DNA of 64,000 nt from a virus. How positions within the stretch are numbered: position 1 is the stretch's first letter; each line of letters begins with the position of its first letter. Under the pieces are notes generated by a model. That model saw nothing but the letters and a program-made list of their open reading frames with translations, did not search any database and was not told where the DNA came from. Below are positions 61,473 to 64,000 of this stretch, in pieces. Where the stretch lies: positions 64,001 to 128,000 of IMG/VR virus record IMGVR_UViG_3300035698_019747. One strand, 5' to 3'. The position numbers were made by a program, and so were the translations under genes.

Positions 61473-63209
61473 CTATATATCCATTTTGATAGAATTACTT
61501 GTAATGTACGCAAGTAATTCTTTATCATTTACTATAACATCTTTACTTATATCCATTTCCTTAAACCCCTCTTTACTTTTGGGTATAGATACTTTATATA
61601 TGTCTATACCTAGCATTTTAGACATAGTATAAATCGTAACTAACTCATCAGGTGTATTGAATAAACTTTTATAAATAAAGTCACTTTCTATCACATCATT
61701 ATCTGATAAGTATATATACTTATAATACTTATCATAATTACTAATTGCCTCATCAGAGTAAGATAAGTATTTGAACACTACATTTATTGGGGTGTGTAAA
61801 TTTACAATTCCCTGAGATTGTACCCTAAATCGCTCAGTATCTAATAATTCTCTATCCTTAAAGTATTCCCTTATGGGATTATATATTTTCTTATCATAAA
61901 ATATATCAGTATTCTTTTCAAAGCATAATATTTCTGGGACGTGTTTAATAACTTCTATATTAGCCTCTGTACTATGATCCTTATAGTTATAATTACTTGA
62001 GTCATGTCTGATTATTTTCACTTTATCTAATGCACCCATTAAGTTATATAACCTATTATCATATTCTTCTTTATATTCTAAATATAACTCTCTGGATATA
62101 GTTAATAATTTTATTTTTAAATCATCATTAACTATTTTAAATATGTGGGATTTTATGAACCTATCTGAGTCTTCCATTGCTGCTCTAATTATAACATCTT
62201 CGCCAATATTCTTTATATCATCTTTATTCGTTAAATAAAATATCAAGCTAGGCATAACATTATACGCATATTCTCTATCTTTACCACCATTTAAAACATC
62301 TGCCAATAAAGTATACTCAGTTCTTAAACTCTTATTATATTTGGCATATTTTAATATCTGTTTAGGTAATATATTACTTATATTTTTAAATATTTTATTG
62401 TGTGGTATGTCCTTAATTACTACCTTATCATCTACCTTATCATGGGCATCATATGTGCTATCAGGATATATGGTTATTCCTAATTTCGAATTGCTATTGA
62501 ACTGCTCTTTTGAAAAATCCCATATAAAATATTGAACACCTCTACGCTTTCCTATATAGTTATCAAAGTTAGTACTACTCGTATATGATATACACCATTG
62601 AGTTGAACCCATTTCTATTGATGCCTTATGACTATATACCATAGCTATCAGTGTTTCTTTATCGCGGAATATTAAATCAATTCCCTCAGTATTATTTATA
62701 TCATCAAAAGTTTCTTTCATTTGAGCTGTCATAGATACCATATAGTTCTCAAATGATTTAAAAAATGCCGATAAATCATTATCTTTTAATGATGCCACTT
62801 TAGACATAAACCCACTTTTATATAAATCAAAGTCTAATTCCAATACGATGCTTTTAAACTTTTTGTAATTTTCTGGAGTGTTTTTTATCTCACTTCTGAA
62901 TGGATTAGGTACGAGTTTTAAAAACTTGTTAGCCTTTTCAATAAGAGTCATCTCATCTAATTTATCAGTTATCTGTTCAACTGTATCTAGTTTAGTTAAG
63001 TCAACCTTATTTTGTTTTAGGGTATTCCTATGCTTTACCATCCTATCATATAAATTCTCTAATTGATGAATTGGTATATCTGCCGAGAATTCAGAAAACT
63101 GCTTTATGAATTTTGGCTCTTTCCTCAAAAATTTAAAAATATCTTGTGAGTTATTATTATTCTCACTATCTTTGCTCTCGTTGAATACATCGAAATATTT
63201 GATGAACAT
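61473..63209 (-). CDS. Protein with capsid-targeting-like N-terminus and G-x-x-x-WCI domain
   Basis: MFIKYFDVFNES; ASIEMGSTQWCI...FDNY...QYFIWD...AHDKVDD. Confidence 0.7.
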   Translation of the reverse strand: MFIKYFDVFNESKDSENNNNSQDIFKFLRKEPKFIKQFSEFSADIPIHQLENLYDRMVKHRNTLKQNKVDLTKLDTVEQITDKLDEMTLIEKANKFLKLVPNPFRSEIKNTPENYKKFKSIVLELDFDLYKSGFMSKVASLKDNDLSAFFKSFENYMVSMTAQMKETFDDINNTEGIDLIFRDKETLIAMVYSHKASIEMGSTQWCISYTSSTNFDNYIGKRRGVQYFIWDFSKEQFNSNSKLGITIYPDSTYDAHDKVDDKVVIKDIPHNKIFKNISNILPKQILKYAKYNKSLRTEYTLLADVLNGGKDREYAYNVMPSLIFYLTNKDDIKNIGEDVIIRAAMEDSDRFIKSHIFKIVNDDLKIKLLTISRELYLEYKEEYDNRLYNLMGALDKVKIIRHDSSNYNYKDHSTEANIEVIKHVPEILCFEKNTDIFYDKKIYNPIREYFKDRELLDTERFRVQSQGIVNLHTPINVVFKYLSYSDEAISNYDKYYKYIYLSDNDVIESDFIYKSLFNTPDELVTIYTMSKMLGIDIYKVSIPKSKEGFKEMDISKDVIVNDKELLAYITSNSIKMDI

Positions 63210-63242
63210 AGTAAATTTAGTAACTTTAACTATATATTAAAA

Positions 63243-63710
63243 ATGAAAGATTCATATAAAAAAATGCTATCCCCTATTTATTTAGGTGGTAAAAAAGAAC
63301 CTTATTTACTCTTGATTGTTCTAGTACTATCTATTAACGTTGGACTAATGTGCCCAGAGGTTTGGTTAGAATATTTTATTTATGGACTACTAACGATTGG
63401 TTCTATTAAATCACCAGATATCATTTACTATTTATTTTTACAAAAAGAGAGTCTTGAAAAATATGATCACTGGATTGAGTATATGAAAGGACAAGAGTAT
63501 AAATCTATTTTATCAATTGGTACAATAGTTTGTTGGTTTTTCTACTTATCCACGTTAATATTATTATATAAAAGCATAATATCTATTGAATTTATAGATG
63601 GCGATGGTGATGGCGTTAATACAATACTATTTATCATTAATATTACATTCATCCTAATAAACATACTATCTATTCGTGATTACTTTAAAACAATGATTAA
63701 GATATTTTAA
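63243..63710 (+). CDS. Multi-TM membrane protein
   Basis: About 4 hydrophobic segments. Confidence 0.65.
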   Translation: MKDSYKKMLSPIYLGGKKEPYLLLIVLVLSINVGLMCPEVWLEYFIYGLLTIGSIKSPDIIYYLFLQKESLEKYDHWIEYMKGQEYKSILSIGTIVCWFFYLSTLILLYKSIISIEFIDGDGDGVNTILFIINITFILINILSIRDYFKTMIKIF

Positions 63711-64000
63711 ATAAATGACACACGATTAGATATCATAACCTTAACACTCCAATTAGGCTTCTCTTTCTTTATATATTCAACGAAATTTTTAGCACTTTCT
63801 AAATACCTCGCATCAGATAACATATAAACTACTTCATATATCTCTTTGTCGTTTTCTACACCGTAATTAAACGAATATAGTTTGGCATACTCAATACCTT
63901 CTAAATATACAACATCACTCTTCATAGTGAAGTCATAATCGTAGCTTATTACTGTGGTTGTGACACAAGAACTTAAAAACACTATCGCGAACACCAATAA
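63707..64000 (-). CDS. Putative lipoprotein (5' end probably outside the window)
   Basis: Hydrophobic segment ending in lipobox-like FLSSC. Confidence 0.55.
   Translation of the reverse strand, partial: LLVFAIVFLSSCVTTTVISYDYDFTMKSDVVYLEGIEYAKLYSFNYGVENDKEIYEVVYMLSDARYLESAKNFVEYIKKEKPNWSVKVMISNRVSFI

Overview
Very AT-rich, gene-dense segment of a T4-like jumbo myovirus genome. It has a gp6-like baseplate wedge, a gp3/tube-like tail protein, a gp32-like SSB and an amidase lysin. The host is probably Bacteroidota, judged from recurrent TAnnTTTG promoter elements and DUF6576-like modules. The most striking signals are non-coding and concern tRNA. (1) Both tRNA clusters lie behind short leader ORFs enriched in exactly the codons those tRNAs read: Leu-TTA and Ile-ATY before tRNA-Leu(UAA) and tRNA-Ile(GAU); Gln, Trp and Pro before tRNA-Gln, 3x tRNA-Pro and tRNA-Trp. 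Each leader is followed by mutually exclusive antiterminator/terminator hairpins, which suggests ribosome-mediated attenuators that switch phage tRNAs on when the cognate tRNA is depleted. (2) A ~205-nt RNase P RNA has a type A catalytic core but almost no specificity domain. (3) There are three architecturally different tRNA-Pro(UGG) genes and an atypical 8/4 tRNA-like RNA with a possible CUA anticodon next to Thg1. Also present: Tpt1/KptA, HAD phosphatases, a ribosomal protein S1 homologue, an ArfA-like small ORF, an orphan Cas3 inside an array of small paralogues, gmd/fcl, Dam, Fic, ART-like proteins with capsid-targeting-like N-termini, three promoter classes, and several broken genes (decay or assembly error). 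No CRISPR array was seen. All calls were made by eye from motifs and hand-folding; no database search was run.
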